This document shows positions 40,140 to 52,619 of a stretch of 64,000 nt of DNA, in pieces. The notes under the pieces are model-generated. The model was not told where the DNA came from, did no database searches, and saw nothing but the letters and a program-made list of their open reading frames with translations. Position 1 is the first letter of the stretch, and each line of letters starts with the position of its first letter. The DNA lies in contig NIVC01001267.1 in assembly GCA_002269645.1 (NCBI GenBank), positions 200,165 to 264,164 of the forward strand. The letters are read 5' to 3'. The DNA is from Macrostomum lignano (lineage: Eukaryota). A program made the translations under genes and the position numbers.

Positions 40140-41120
40140 AGATGATGAGAAGAGATGGAGACAGAGAGTGAGAAGCGATGAAGGAAGAGAGTGAGAAGAG
40201 TTGGAGGTAGAGAATGAGAATAAATACAGGGAGAGAGTTAGAAGACACGAAGAGAGAGATTCAGAAGAGATGAAGGGAGAGTTTAAGAGGGGATGGAGGA
40301 AGAGAGTGAGAAGAGATGAAGGGAGAGGTTAAGAAGGGATGAAAGAAGAGAGTGAGAAGAGATGTGAGAGAGAGAACGACTAGAGATGAAGGGAGAGTTT
40401 AAGAAGGGATGAAGAAAGAGAGTGAGAAGAGATGAAGGAAGAGAGTGAGAAGAGATGAAGGAAGAGAGTGAGAAGAGATGTGAGAGAGAGAACGACTAGA
40501 GATGAAGGGAGAGTTTAAGAAGGGATGAAGGAAGAGAGTGAGAAGAGATGAAGGAAGAGAGTGAGAAGAGATGAAGGAAGAGAGTGAGAAGAGATGAAGG
40601 AAGAGAGTGAGAAGAGATGAAGGAAGAGAGTGAGAAGAGATGAAGGGAGAGTTTAAGAAGGGATGAAGGAAGAGAGTGAGACGAGATGAAGGAAGAGGTT
40701 AAGAAGGGATGAAGGAAGAGAGTGAGAAGAGATGAAGGAAGAGAGTGAGAAGAGATGAAGGGAGAGGTTAAGAAGGGATGAAGGAAGAGAGTGAGAAGAG
40801 ATGAAGGAAGAGAGTGAGACGAGATGAAGGGAGAGTTTAAGAAGGGATGAAGGAAGAGAGTGAGAAGAGATGAAGGAAGAGAGTGAGAAGAGATGAAGGG
40901 AGAGTTTAAGAAGGGATGAAGGAAGAGAGTGAGACGAGATGAAGGGAGAGTTTAAGAAGGGATGAAGGAAGAGAGTGAGATGAGATGAAGGGAGAGTTTA
41001 AGAAGGGATGAAGGAAGAGAGTGAGAAGAGATGAAGGGAGAGTTTAAGAAAGGATGAAGGAAGAGAGTGAGAAGAGATGAAGGGAGAGAGTGAGAAGAGA
41101 TGGAGGCAGAGAAGTAGAGG
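40140..41120. repeat. ~23-bp purine-rich minisatellite
   Basis: GAAGGAAGAGAGTGAGAAGAGAT / GAAGGGAGAGTTTAAGAAGGGAT units. Confidence 0.94.
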
Positions 41121-41240
41121 ATCGAAAAGACAGAGATTTTAAATCCTGTTAGTCAGGCCCAATCAGGTCCGCCAAGGCTCACTAGACCAGATCAGTGCTG
41201 CCCCGGCCGTGCAGTCAAGCAGTTTGGCATTGGCGTCAGA

Positions 41241-43338
41241 TCACGCGAGAGTGAATCGCCGCTTGAACGCCTCCTGAAAAGCCGAGTTGAGATCATTCTC
41301 CATGCGGCGGTACTCATCCGGGCTGGCAGGATTTCTCTCTTTCTCAGCCAACCATCGAAGAGTGGCGTTGCACTTTTCGGCCAGCTGCCGGCGTTTTGGC
41401 TCTTGGATGGAGTCGAATGCGGACTTCGGGGCCTCTTGAACAGCTTCTTTCATACCCTGTTGGTGCGCGTGTACTTGTTGTCTAGCTGCCCGCGTCAGAC
41501 TTCGAAACCACCCGTGTCAGACTCTAGAGCGACATGTGTCAGAATCTAGAGCGACATGTGTCAGACTCTAGAGCTACATGTGTCAGACTCTAGAGCTACA
41601 TGTGTCAGACTCTAGAGCTACATGTGTCAGACTCTAGAGCTACATGTGTCAGAATCTAGAGCGACATGTGTCAGACTCTAGAGCTACATGTGTCAGACTC
41701 TAGAGTGACATGTGTCAGAATCTAGAGCTACATGTGTCAGAATCTAGAGCTACATGTGTCAGACTCTAGAGCTACATGTGTCAGAGTCTAGAGCTACATG
41801 TGTCAGACTCTAGAGTGACATGTGTCAGAATCTAGAGCTACATGTGTCAGAATCTAGAGCGACATGTGTCAGACTCTAGAGCTACATGTGTCAGAGTCTA
41901 GAGCTACATGTGTCAGACTCTAGAGCTACATGTGTCAGACTCTAGAGTGACATGTGTCAGAATCTAGAGCTACATGTGTCAGACTCTAGAGCTACATGTG
42001 TCAGACTCTAGAGTGACATGTGTCAGACTCTAGAGCTACATGTGTCAGACTCTAGAGTGACATGTGTCAGACTCTAGAGCTACATGTGTCAGAGTCTAGA
42101 GCTACATGTGTCAGACTCTAGAGTGACATGTGTCAGAGTCTAGAGCTACATGTGTCAGACTCTAGAGTGACATGTGTCAGACTCTAGAGCTTTATGTGTC
42201 AGAGTCTAGAGTTACATGTGTCAGACTCTAGAGCTACATGTGTCAGAGTCTAGAGCTACATGTGTCAGACTCTAGAGCTACATGTGTCAGACTCTAGAGT
42301 GACATGTGTCAGAGTCTAGAGCTACATGTGTCAGACTCTAGAGCTACATGTGTCAGAATCTAGAGCTACATGTGTCAGACTCTAGAGCTACATGTGTCAG
42401 ACTCTAGAGTGACATGTGTCAGAGTCTAGAGCTACATGTGTCAGACTCTAGAGTGACATGTGTCAGAGTCTAGAGCTACATGTGTCAGACTCTAGAGTGA
42501 CATGTGTCAGAGTCTAGAGCTACATGTGTCAGACTCTAGAGTGACATGTGTCAGACTCTAGAGCTACATGTGTCAGACTCTAGAGCTTTATGTGTCAGAC
42601 TCTAGAGCTACATGTGTCAGACTCTAGAGCTACATGAGTCAGACTCTAGAGCTACATGAGTCAGACTCTAGAGCTACATGAGTCAGACTCTAGAGCTACA
42701 TGTGTCAGACTCTAGAGCTACATGTGTCAGAGTCTAGAGCTACATGTGTCAGACTCTAGAGCTACATGCGTCAGACTCTAGAGCTACATGTGTCAGACTC
42801 TAGAGCTACATGTGTCAGAGTCTAGAGCGACATGTGTCAGAGTCTAGAGCGACATGTGTCAGACTCTAGAGCTTTATGTGTCAGACTAAAATTCACCTAA
42901 ACAATATATGACCCACTCTAGAATCACCGATGTCACACTCGGAAATCACTCTGAGTCAGAAGTCCAGCAGAAGTCAGAAGAGACAGCCAAGCGAACACCT
43001 GCTGCCCTTGTAAATCGCTCCATTCCGTTCACCTTAACCCGAGCCTCCAAGCTTCGATGGGGCTTCAAAGATTCCTCCATCTTTCGCTGCAGCCGCTGCA
43101 AGTGCGCCAGGTAAGAGTAGTGCCGAACGCAGTTCAGAGGGCTCAGGCCAGCAGCCTGTCTGTACCGGCGGAAAAGCCTCTGTTTCCAGGCGTCTTCGGT
43201 GAACAAATCGTCGTAGGAGGTGTCCGACGCCCAGACATGGTCGCCCAGCATGGACAGCTGGATGCGAAGCTGGCCAGTTGTCGGCAGTCGCCGATCGCCG
43301 TTGGGATCCTCGTAGTCGCCAGACAAATTCAGACTCAT
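41241..43338 (-). CDS. ~194-aa protein: unrecognised N-terminal part plus an Hsp70 C-terminal lid-like helical domain. Exons 43338-42999 and 41485-41241
   Basis: Exon 2 reads ARQQVHAHQQGMKEAVQE...IQEPKRRQLAEKCNATLRWLAEKE...ASPDEYRRMENDL. This aligns by eye with Hsp70 KNSLESYAFNMKATV...[38 protein letters not shown]. Phase-1 splicing is compatible, but the donor is weak. Confidence 0.55.
41513..42886. repeat. 22-bp quasi-palindromic minisatellite
   Basis: Unit GTCAGA(C/G/A)TCTAGAG(CT/TG/CG)ACATGT, about 60 copies. Confidence 0.97.
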
Positions 43339-44094
43339 TTTCTGTCGGATTTCATCTATAAATGTAGGTTAAATTGCTTTACAGAATAACTAGCGTAAAA
43401 TTCTGAGCGAGTCTCAAACAAAGTTGATCCTGTGGTTTGAGCCACAGACAAAAACTATATACATGTACTTATTTATTTTGATGCGCAAATTTATAAGAAA
43501 AAACTCTAAATAGACGCTCATAGTAGTCTCGTAATCAAAAGCGACAATGGAGTGGCCCATCTATTGTTTTTTACTTTCTAGTTTTCTACTTTCCAGTTCA
43601 GTAGACAGAAAGAATATACGGGGTATTTAAAAAACGGCAGTTAAAATGGCGATAGAAACCCACCTGCAAGAGATTCTGATCATAGGCTCGATGAATTTAT
43701 TGAGCATTTTTGTCTTTACTGCGCAATATTAAAATTCTTCTGTTATCTTTCTACTGAACTGACAGTAGTATGCACGCACATACTGTACCGGTTGGCCCCA
43801 TTTAGTTATCATCACTAGCAATCTAGTGCGGCCCCCCTTCGGGGCGCCCAATAAGAAAGGAGCAAAAATAGTTCATGGAAAACAATAAAAAAACACATTT
43901 TCTTAAACACTAATTCCTTCTTCACATTTTAAAAATCACCTTATTCGTGTAAAATTGTCACGGACTAAGATGTTTGCAAAATTAAAAAATCACTTTTTCT
44001 CTAAAATTAACAAACAGTCAACAAAATATCGTTTCCCTAAATAGAAAATATTCCCAAGACAGCAAGCAACCCCCTCCAAAAGTGAACAATCGCA

Positions 44095-44830
44095 GATAGC
44101 AAGCATCCTCTAATGCTCATAGCAAGAATCACCACAGATAGCAAGCATCTGCAGATTAGCAAGCACCCCCCAGATATTATAGAAGCATCCACCCAGATAG
44201 CAAGCATTCTGCAGATAGCAAGCACCCCCAGATATTATAGAAGCATCCTGCAGATAGCAAGCATTCTGCAGATAGCAAGCACCCCCAGATATTATAGAAG
44301 CATCCACCCAGATAGCAAGCATTCTGCAGATAGCAAGCACCCCCAGATATTATAGAAGCATCCACCCAGATAGCAAGCATTCTGCAGATAGCAAGCACCC
44401 CCAGATATTATAGAAGCATCCACCCAGATAGCAAGCACCCCCCAGATATTATAGAAGCATCCACCCAGATAGCAAGCATTCTGCAGATAGCAAGCACCCC
44501 CAGATATTATAGAAGCATTCTGCAGATAGCAAGCACCCCCCAGATATTATAGAAGCATCCACCCAGATAGCAAGCATTCTGCAGATAGCAAGCACCCCCA
44601 GATATTATAGAAGCATTCTGCAGATAGCAAGCACCCCCAGATATTATAGAAGCATCCACCCAGATAGCAAGCATCCTGCAGATAGCAAGAATCCCTAAAT
44701 AGCAAGCATCCTGCAGATAGCAAGAATCCCTGAATAGCAAGCATCCCTGGATAGAAAGAATCCCATGCATGTAGCCAGTACCCCCTCTCCCAAATAGCAA
44801 GTATCCCCCCTCGAGAGCAAGCATCCACGA
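44095..44830. repeat. Composite ~58-bp minisatellite (GATAGCAAGCA subunits)
   Basis: GATAGCAAGCATTCTGCAGATAGCAAGCACCCCCAGATATTATAGAAGCATCCACCCA repeats. Confidence 0.92.
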
Positions 44831-44879
44831 GACAGCAAGTAGCTAGTGCAAATGTTACTTCCGCTAATGCAATAATCGC

Positions 44880-47416
44880 TTTCTCAGGTTGTGCAACAAT
44901 CCACGTCTCAGCGAGCGCAATAATCTCTTTTTTAGACAGCGCAGTAATCAGCTTCTCAGCTAGTGCAATAATCCTTGGTTTATTAATAGCAATAATCCTT
45001 GATTAATCAAGTGCAATAATCCTTGGTTTATCAAGTGCAATAATCCTTGGTTTATCAAGTGCAGTAATCTTTGGCTTATAAAGTGCAATAATCCTTGGTT
45101 TATCAAGTGCAATAATCCTTTGTTTATCAAGTGCAATAATCCTTGGTTTATCAAGTGCAATAATCCTTGGTTTATTAAGTGCAATAATCCTTGGTTTATC
45201 TAGCGCAGTAATCCTTGGCTTATCAGGTGCAATAATCCTTGGTTTATCAAGTGCAATATTTGTTTATCAAGTGCAATAATCCTTGGTTTATCAAGTGAAA
45301 TAATCCTTGGTTTATCAAGTGCAATAATCCTTGGCTTATCAACTGCAATAATCCTTGGTTTATCAAGCGCAGTAATCTTTGGCCTATCAAGCGCAGTAAT
45401 CCTTGGCCTATCAAGTGCAATAATCCTTGGCTTATCAAGTGCAATAATCCTTGGTTTATCAAGTGCAATAATCCTTGGTTTATCAAGTGTAATAATCCTT
45501 GGTTTATCAAGTGCAATAATCCTTGGCTTATCAACTGCAATAATCCTTGGTTTATCAAGTGCAATAATCCTTGGTTTATCAAGCGCAGTAATCCTTGGCC
45601 TATCAAGTGCAATAATCCTTGGCTTATCAAGTGCAATAATCCTTGGTTTATCAAGTGCAATAATCCTTGGTTTATCAAGTGCAGTAATCCTTGGCCTATC
45701 AAGTGCAATAATCCTTGGTTTGCCAAGAGCAATAATCCTTAGTTTATCGAGTGCAGTAATCCTTAGTTTTCCAAGTGCAGTAATCCTTGGTTTATTAAGA
45801 GCAATAATCCTTGGCTTATCGAGTGCAGTAATCCTTGGTTTGCCAAGAGCAATAATCCTTGGTTTATCAAGTGCAATAATCCTTGGTTTATCAAGTGCAA
45901 TAATCCTTGGTTTATCAAGTGCAATAATCCTTGGTTTATCAGATGCAATAATCCTTGGCTTATCAACTGCAATAATCCTTGGTTTATCAAGTGCAATAAT
46001 CCTTGGCTTATCAAGTGCAATAATCCTTGGTTTATCAAGTGCAATAATCCTTGGTTTATCAAGCGCAGTAATCTTTGGCCTATCAAGTGCAATAATCCTT
46101 TGTTTATCAAGTGCAATAATCCTTGGTTTATCAAGTGCAATAATCTTTGGTTTATCAGATGCAATAATCCTTGGCTTATCAACTGCAATAATCATTGGTT
46201 TATCAAGTGCAATAATCCTTGGCTTATCAAGTGCAATAATCCTTGGTTTATCAAGTGCAATAATCCTTGGTTTATCAAGCGCAGTAATTTTTGGCCTATC
46301 AAGTGCAATAATCCTTGGTTTATCAAGTGCAGTAATCCTTGGCCTATCAAGTGCAATAATCCTTGGTTTATCAAGTGCAATAGTCTTTGGTTTATCGAGT
46401 GCAGTAATCCTTAGTTTTCCAAGTGCAGTAATCCTTGGTTTATTAAGAGCAATAATCCTTGGTTTATCGAGTGGAGTAGTCCTTGGTTTATTAATATCAA
46501 TAATCCTTGAATAATCCAGTGCATTAATCCTTGGCTTATCAAGTGCAACATTCTTTACTATCAAGTGCAATAATCCATGGCTTATCAAGTGCAATAATCC
46601 TTGGCTTATCAAGTGCAATAATCCTTGGTTTATCAAGTGCAATAATCCTTTGTTTATCAAGTGCAATGATCCTTTGTTTATCAAGTGCAATAATCCTTTG
46701 TTTATCAAGTGCAATAATCCTTGGTTTATCAAGCGCAGTAATCCTTGGCTTATCAAGTGCAATAATCCTTGGCCTATCAAGTGCAATATTCCTTGGTTTA
46801 TCAAGCGCAGTAATCTTTGGCCTATCAAGTGCAATAATCCTTGGTTTATCAAGTGCAGTAATCCTTGGCCTATCAAGTGCAATATTCCTTGGTTTATCAA
46901 GTGCAATAGTCCTTGGTTTATCGAGTGCAGTAATCCTTGGTTTTCCAAGTGCAATAATCCTTGGCTTCTTGAGTGCAGTAATCCTTGGTTTGCCAAGAGC
47001 AATAGTCCTTGGTTTATCGAGTGCAGTAATCCTTGGTTTTCCAAGTGCAGTAATCCTTGGTTTATTAATAGCAATAATCCTTGGCTTCTTGAGTGCAGTA
47101 ATCCTTGGTTTGCCAAGAGCAATAGTCCTTGGTTTATCGAGTGCATTAATCCTTGGTTTTCCAAGTGCAATAATTCTTGGCTTCTTGAGTGCAGTAATCC
47201 TTGGTTTGCCAAGAGCAATAGTCCTTGGTTTATCGAGTGCAGTAATCCTTGGTTTTCCAAGTGCCGTAATCCTTGGTTTATTAATAGCAATAATCCTTGA
47301 TTAATCAAGTGCAGTAATCTTTGGTTTGCCAAGAGCAATAGTCCTTGGTTTATCGAGTGCAGTAGTCCTTGGTTTATTAATAGCAATAATCCTTGGCTTA
47401 TCGAGTGCAGTAATCT
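44880..47416. repeat. 24-bp minisatellite, ~2.5 kb
   Basis: Unit TTGGTTTATCAAGTGCAATAATCC, about 100 copies, diverged at both ends. Confidence 0.97.
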
Positions 47417-47483
47417 AAGTGTTTTTATTTAGTCCTTTAATAAAACCTTTTAATAAAAAATTTTACACTACTACTTTTAAACT

Positions 47484-47550
47484 ACTTAGATTCGAACCTA
47501 GGTCGCTGCATTAGCAGTCTGGTCTGTTCAGCTCTAGGCTAGCTCTCATC
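47484..47550 (-). other. tRNA-like pseudogene / SINE head
   Basis: Minus strand reads GAGCTAGCCTAGAGCTG...AGACTGCTAATGCAG...CTAGGTTCGAATCTAAG: A-box-like start, CTGCTAA anticodon-like loop (Ser-GCT) and B-box GGTTCGAATC. The anticodon stem does not pair. Confidence 0.35.
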
Positions 47551-48107
47551 GAAGTTATCAGTGATGTTGTACCACTTATATAATTCAACACTCACACCAA
47601 GTCAGGTAGAGTAAAAAGTCTCACGAAGCAGTTATGACATAATCAATTTCTTAGGCAAGTCAGTACCAGTGTCTATGAAAGTTTACAATATGGTTACGTA
47701 ATATAAATTCAGTACTGCGCTATGCTTTCACACTCAAAGCTGTGACGCAATTCAATTGAGTGTCAAATTCAGCCAGTACACAGACGATAAATAAAGTGTA
47801 TTGTGATGCAATCTATTTCAGAATCAGAATTCAACCAGTCAGTTTTTCTGCTAGCATTCTTACGATGCATTTCAAGTCGAAAGAGCTGCTTGACCTTTGC
47901 AAAAAAGCATGTTTTTCGAATATTTAATCCCTTTAGCATCAAGCAATTTCTTAGCCACGATGCATGTACTGTCACGGGAAAATTTCTGATCGAACAGTGC
48001 AAGTTCGAAGAAAATCGGTTGAGCCGTTTTTGCTAAAATCGATCACACACACACACATACACACACACACATACCGACAGACCATTTTTAGTATATTGGA
48101 TTATAGC

Positions 48108-49190
48108 TAGGGCGTCGCCATGGATTTGATGGTGGGGGGGTACAAAAACAAGAATTCAACATGTACATGACTAAACTTCTACATTTCCATTATTTTGAGA
48201 ATCGGTGTTGTCAGCGCTCATTTTAGCGCCGCAGGCACTCATTTTGGCGCCGAAGGCACTCATTTTAGCGCCGCAGGCAATCATTTTAGCGCCGAAGGCA
48301 CTCATTTTAGCGCCGCAGGCACTCATTTTAGCGCCGAAGGCACTCATTTTGGCGCCGCAGGCAATCATTTTAGCGCCGAAGGCACTCATTTTAGCGCCGC
48401 AGGCAATCATTTTAGCGCCGAAGGCACTCATTTTGGCGCCGCAGGCACTCATTTTAGCGCCGAAGGCACTCATTTTGGCGCCGCAGGCACTCATTTTGGC
48501 GCCGAAGGCACTCATTTTAGCGCCACAGGCAATCATTTTGGCGCCGAAGGCACTCATTTTAGCGCCGCAGGCACTCATTTTAGCGCCGAAGGCACTCATT
48601 TTAGCGCCGAAGGCACTCATTTTAGCGCCGAAGGCACTCATTTTGGCGCCGCAGGCACTCATTTTGGCGCCGAAGGCACTCATTTTGGCGCCGAAGGCAC
48701 TCATTTTGGCGCCGCAGGCACTCATTTTGGCGCCGAAGGCACTCATTTTAGCGCCGAAGGCACTCATTTTAGCGCCGAAGGCACTCATTTTAGCGCCGCA
48801 GGCACTCATTTTAGCGCCGAAGGCACTCATTTTAGCGCCGCAGGCACTCATTTTAGCGCCGAAGGCACTCATTTTAGCGCCGAAGGCACTCATTTTAGCG
48901 CCGAAGGCACTCATTTTGGCGCCGAAGGCACTCATTTTGGCGCCGAAGGCACTCATTTTAGCGCCGCAGGCACTCATTTTAGCGCCGAAGGCACTCATTT
49001 TAGCGCCGAAGGCACTCATTTTAGCGCCGAAGGCACTCATTTTGACGCCGAAGGCGCTATATTCTGGCGCCCTGAAGAAAAGTTATTTGATTACCACGAT
49101 GTATCACAAGGTGGGGGTGGCATGTCCCCCCATAGTTTTTACTGGAGGGGGGCATTTCCCCCTGTCCCACCCTCGGTGGCGACGCGCCTG
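48108..49190. mobile_element. hAT-like MITE with an expanded internal 21-bp minisatellite (~48215-49060)
   Basis: Imperfect TIRs TAGGGCGTCGCCA / TGGCGACGCGCCTG. Internal unit GCACTCATTT(T)(A/G)GCGCCG(A/C)AG is the same as in the 18494 element. TSD is degenerate. Confidence 0.6.
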
Positions 49191-50002
49191 ATTGTACGCT
49201 CGTAGCATCTGTGCTTATAATTAGAATATTAATTAAATAAAATTCTATTGTGTGAACGCACTGGCCCAGTTTCCTACACCGATGCGGTGGACGTTGAGTT
49301 CTGGGCCATGGACTATTCAGGCTAGACGTCTGGACTGGAAACGGAGCTCTCCTCTAACTGATTATACGTGACGTTTTCTTTAAAACTTTGAGGCTAACAG
49401 GGTACAGGTGAATGGGAGGAAATTTCAGTGGTCCCTGGCTTAAGTTTTAGAAAAAATATACAAAAATCAACTGAATTTAGCTGTCCAATCCAGATCTCAT
49501 TTTTCTTTTCTAATACTCCCTGGCTTTCTCAAGCTCATTGCGGTTAGCAGCGCATGGAGCGTGTCTTAAGTACATTATTTATTGCTCATCTTGTCTAAGT
49601 TATCTGTAAGTTTGATAAGATTTAGATCTTAAATTCCATTTTTCTAGACTAGACAAAATTTAGTATAAAGCTGTATTTTATTCTCAACAGCTAATTAGAG
49701 GACACTTAAAATGCGAAGGCACTCCCAACGTAGAATCGCTGCTTTGTGTGCCCGTGTGACCCTCCGCCTCGCTTTGCCATTAGTTGTTGCGCGCATAATA
49801 TGTGATGTGACAAATGCTGGAACACCTCGCGCGATTCCATTATAACAGTAATCAGCAATAGTTGGAATATTTCTTATCTTTTTCTTTCTCATCTCTCACT
49901 CTCATTTCTCTCTTTCTCATATTTCTCATTATTATCTCTATAGATACTTTGTGTCAGTAAGAACTATTGAAGTAAAATAACTTTTCTGCGTCACAAGAGT
50001 GG

Positions 50003-50274
50003 GGGGGTCGCTTCACAAGCTCGAAATTTCACAAGCTCGAAAAGCACTTCCTTTCACAAACCCGAAACTTCATAAGCTCGAAATTTCACAACCTCGAAAC
50101 CAGTTACTTTCATAAGCTCCAAATTTCGAGCTTATGAAGTTTCGAGTTTGTGAAAGTGGCTGCTAGAATGGTTTTCGAGGTTGTGAAATTTCGAGCTTAT
50201 GAAATTTCGAGCTTATGAAGTCGGCTGCTAAAATTTTCGAGGTTGTGAAATTTCGAGCTTGGGAAAGCAACCCC
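50003..50274. mobile_element. MITE with GG-starting TIRs and long inverted subterminal repeats
   Basis: GGGGGTCGCTTCACAAGCTCGAAATTTC... is inverted at the right end (...GAGCTTGGGAAAGCAACCCC). TSD AAGAGTGG on both sides. Confidence 0.8.
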
Positions 50275-51134
50275 AAGAGTGGACGACATGAACATGCAGA
50301 AAATTTGTACCTACAGATGGCAAGATTTCTCCGTCCACCTCATGTCAAGCTGTTCTTTTAAACGTACTGGCCTGCATGGGCCCCATTTTTGAGAAAGTGT
50401 CACATTCCATGCCTCCCGGCCTGTGCTCAAATCCCTACATGGTGACGTGACTGTGGCATGCAGTACAACAGACTCATTCTGCCGATCAAATAGTGCCGAT
50501 CACAGAACTCTGTTATTGTTGACTTATTTTAGGCTAAGCTTGCATGAGCACAGCACATAGGGCTCAGCACAATTTACCCATTGAGCACAATCACTGGCGT
50601 CTATTCTATTCTTCTATCAACTGTATAAAGCAAAAGTCGCACGCATTATATAAGAATAAGCCGACTCACGAAGAGTCTCAGTGTTGCAGAGCGAACGGCA
50701 ACAAAAAGCCAGAATAAAAAACGAGACGGTTCCGTTAGCAATTAGCATAACGGTGTGCCGCCCCCCAGCCTACCTATCGAACGTAGAAGCCCTATAGCGT
50801 CTTTCCAGACTCTCTCCCTACCCCTTCATCAGCCCTGCAGGCCTTCTTTCCTGTTCATTGGGGGCAGCATTAAGGAGCATTAACTGAGTCAAGGAGACTG
50901 TAAACAAAAGATCTGGTGTGTAGCAATAGCAACTGGCCTGGAGGGGCCGCGGCTGGGAAAAATATGGCGCAGATTTCCCACTTTTCTGGCGCCCCCACGA
51001 GAAGGCGCCCCCACGAGAGCCCCTCTATAAATGTGGTTCCTCTTGTACTCGCTACTGCAGCTTCCTCTTAACCAAACTTTAACATATTTAAAAAATTAAA
51101 AAGCATCATGTGGTATAAACATTAACGATTAAAG

Positions 51135-52020
51135 ATTGCTGAGATGTCAAGGCTTATGAGGGGATTGGCTGAGATGTCAAGGCTTACTGAGGGAATTGCT
51201 GAGATGTCAAGGCTTACGGAGGGAATTGCTGAGATGTCAAGGCTTACGGAGGGAATTGCTGAGATGTCAAGGCTTACTGAGGGAATTGCTGAGATGTCAA
51301 GGCTTACTGAGGGAATTGCTGAGATGTCAAGGCTTACGGAGGGAATTGCTGAGATGTCAAGGCTTACGGAGGGAATTGCTGAGATGTCAAGGCTTACTGA
51401 GGGAATTGCTGAGATGTCAAGGCTTACGGAGGGAATTGCTGAGATGTCAAGGCTTACGGAGGGAATTGCTGAGATGTCAAGGCTTACGGAGGGAATTGCT
51501 GAGATGTCAAGGCTTACGGAGGGAATTGCTGAGATGTCAAGGCTTACTGAGGGAATTGCTGAGATGTCAAGGCTTACGGAGGGAATTGCTGAGATGTCAA
51601 TGCTTACGAGGGGAATGGCTGAGATGTCAAGGCTTACGGAGGGAATTGCTGAGATGTCAAGGCTTACGGAGGGAATTGCTGAGATGTCAATGCTTACGAG
51701 GGGAATGGCTGAGATGTCAAGGCTTACGGAGGGAATTGCTGAGATGTCAAGGCTTACGGAGGGAATTGCTGAGATGTCAATGCTTACGAGGGGAATTGCT
51801 GAGATGTCAAGGCTCACTGAGGGAATTGCTGGGATGTCAATGCTTACGGAGGGAATTGCTGAGATGTCAAGGCTTACGGAGGGAATTGCTGGGATGTCAA
51901 TGCTTACGAGGGGAATGCCTGAGATGTCAAGGCTCACTGAGGGAATTGCTGGGATGTCAATGCTTACGAGGGGAATGCCTGAGATGTCAAGGCTCACTGA
52001 GGGAATTGCTGGGATGTTAA
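51135..52020. repeat. 30-bp minisatellite upstream of Msx
   Basis: Unit GGGAATTGCTGAGATGTCAAGGCTTAC(G/T)GA. Confidence 0.97.
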
Positions 52021-52619
52021 GACTGAGCGGTCAGAAGCTACATGTAGTTTATTCAAAAAAAAATTATTCCATCCTTTGTTGTCTCCCCAACGGGGGGCTC
52101 TGATGGCTAGTCTATATAACTATGGCGCCATGCAATACTTCTATTTGTACATGTAAACCCCTAACCTTATTCTAAATGGCTGGCAGTCAAATGAAGGCAG
52201 CATATGTTCTTCTAGTCCATTTTTTGTTAATTTACACGCAAACACTCGTGAAATTGATTCAGACAAGCAAACATCACAGCCTACAGTTTATTACGAGCGT
52301 AGCTTTCAACGGTATTGTATTGTCATTATGAAGCCTCGAGGCAGTTGCATTCTGGGTTGCGTCATGTCTTTGATAACCATTTGAAGCTGTTGTAAAAGTG
52401 ACTTGGCTTTGGAGAGTTCTCTATATACCTATTGTCACCAGCGTCTCATAAATTCTATTTCAAACTGCATAGCCTCGTGTGTTCCGATATATTTTGCAAA
52501 TTTCTCCGAATTTAGTCTAATGGATGTTCTCTAGACCATTTCTAAGAAAAAAGATTGACTTTCTAGTCCAGCTGTGTGCTATTTTTAGACGTCCCTGAAC
52601 CGGAGGCTGGCCCCCGGCT

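Noticed and set aside
41513-42886. CRISPR-like palindromic repeats
   Set aside because: The units are head-to-tail with no unique spacers, there are no cas genes, and the context is a eukaryotic intron.
45200-47386. 728-aa and overlapping ORFs (DKPRIIAL / LINQGLLH / LSSAIILG repeats)
   Set aside because: Read-through of a 24-bp array that is open in several frames on both strands, with frame switches at unit indels. No evidence of a real repeat protein.
47484-47550. Functional tRNA-Ser(GCT)
   Set aside because: The anticodon and acceptor stems do not pair and there is no long variable arm. Kept only as a SINE-like relic.
48171-49205. SAFGAKM / HFSAEGT / LILAPKA repeat ORFs
   Set aside because: A 21-bp unit (multiple of 3) inside a MITE, open in several frames.
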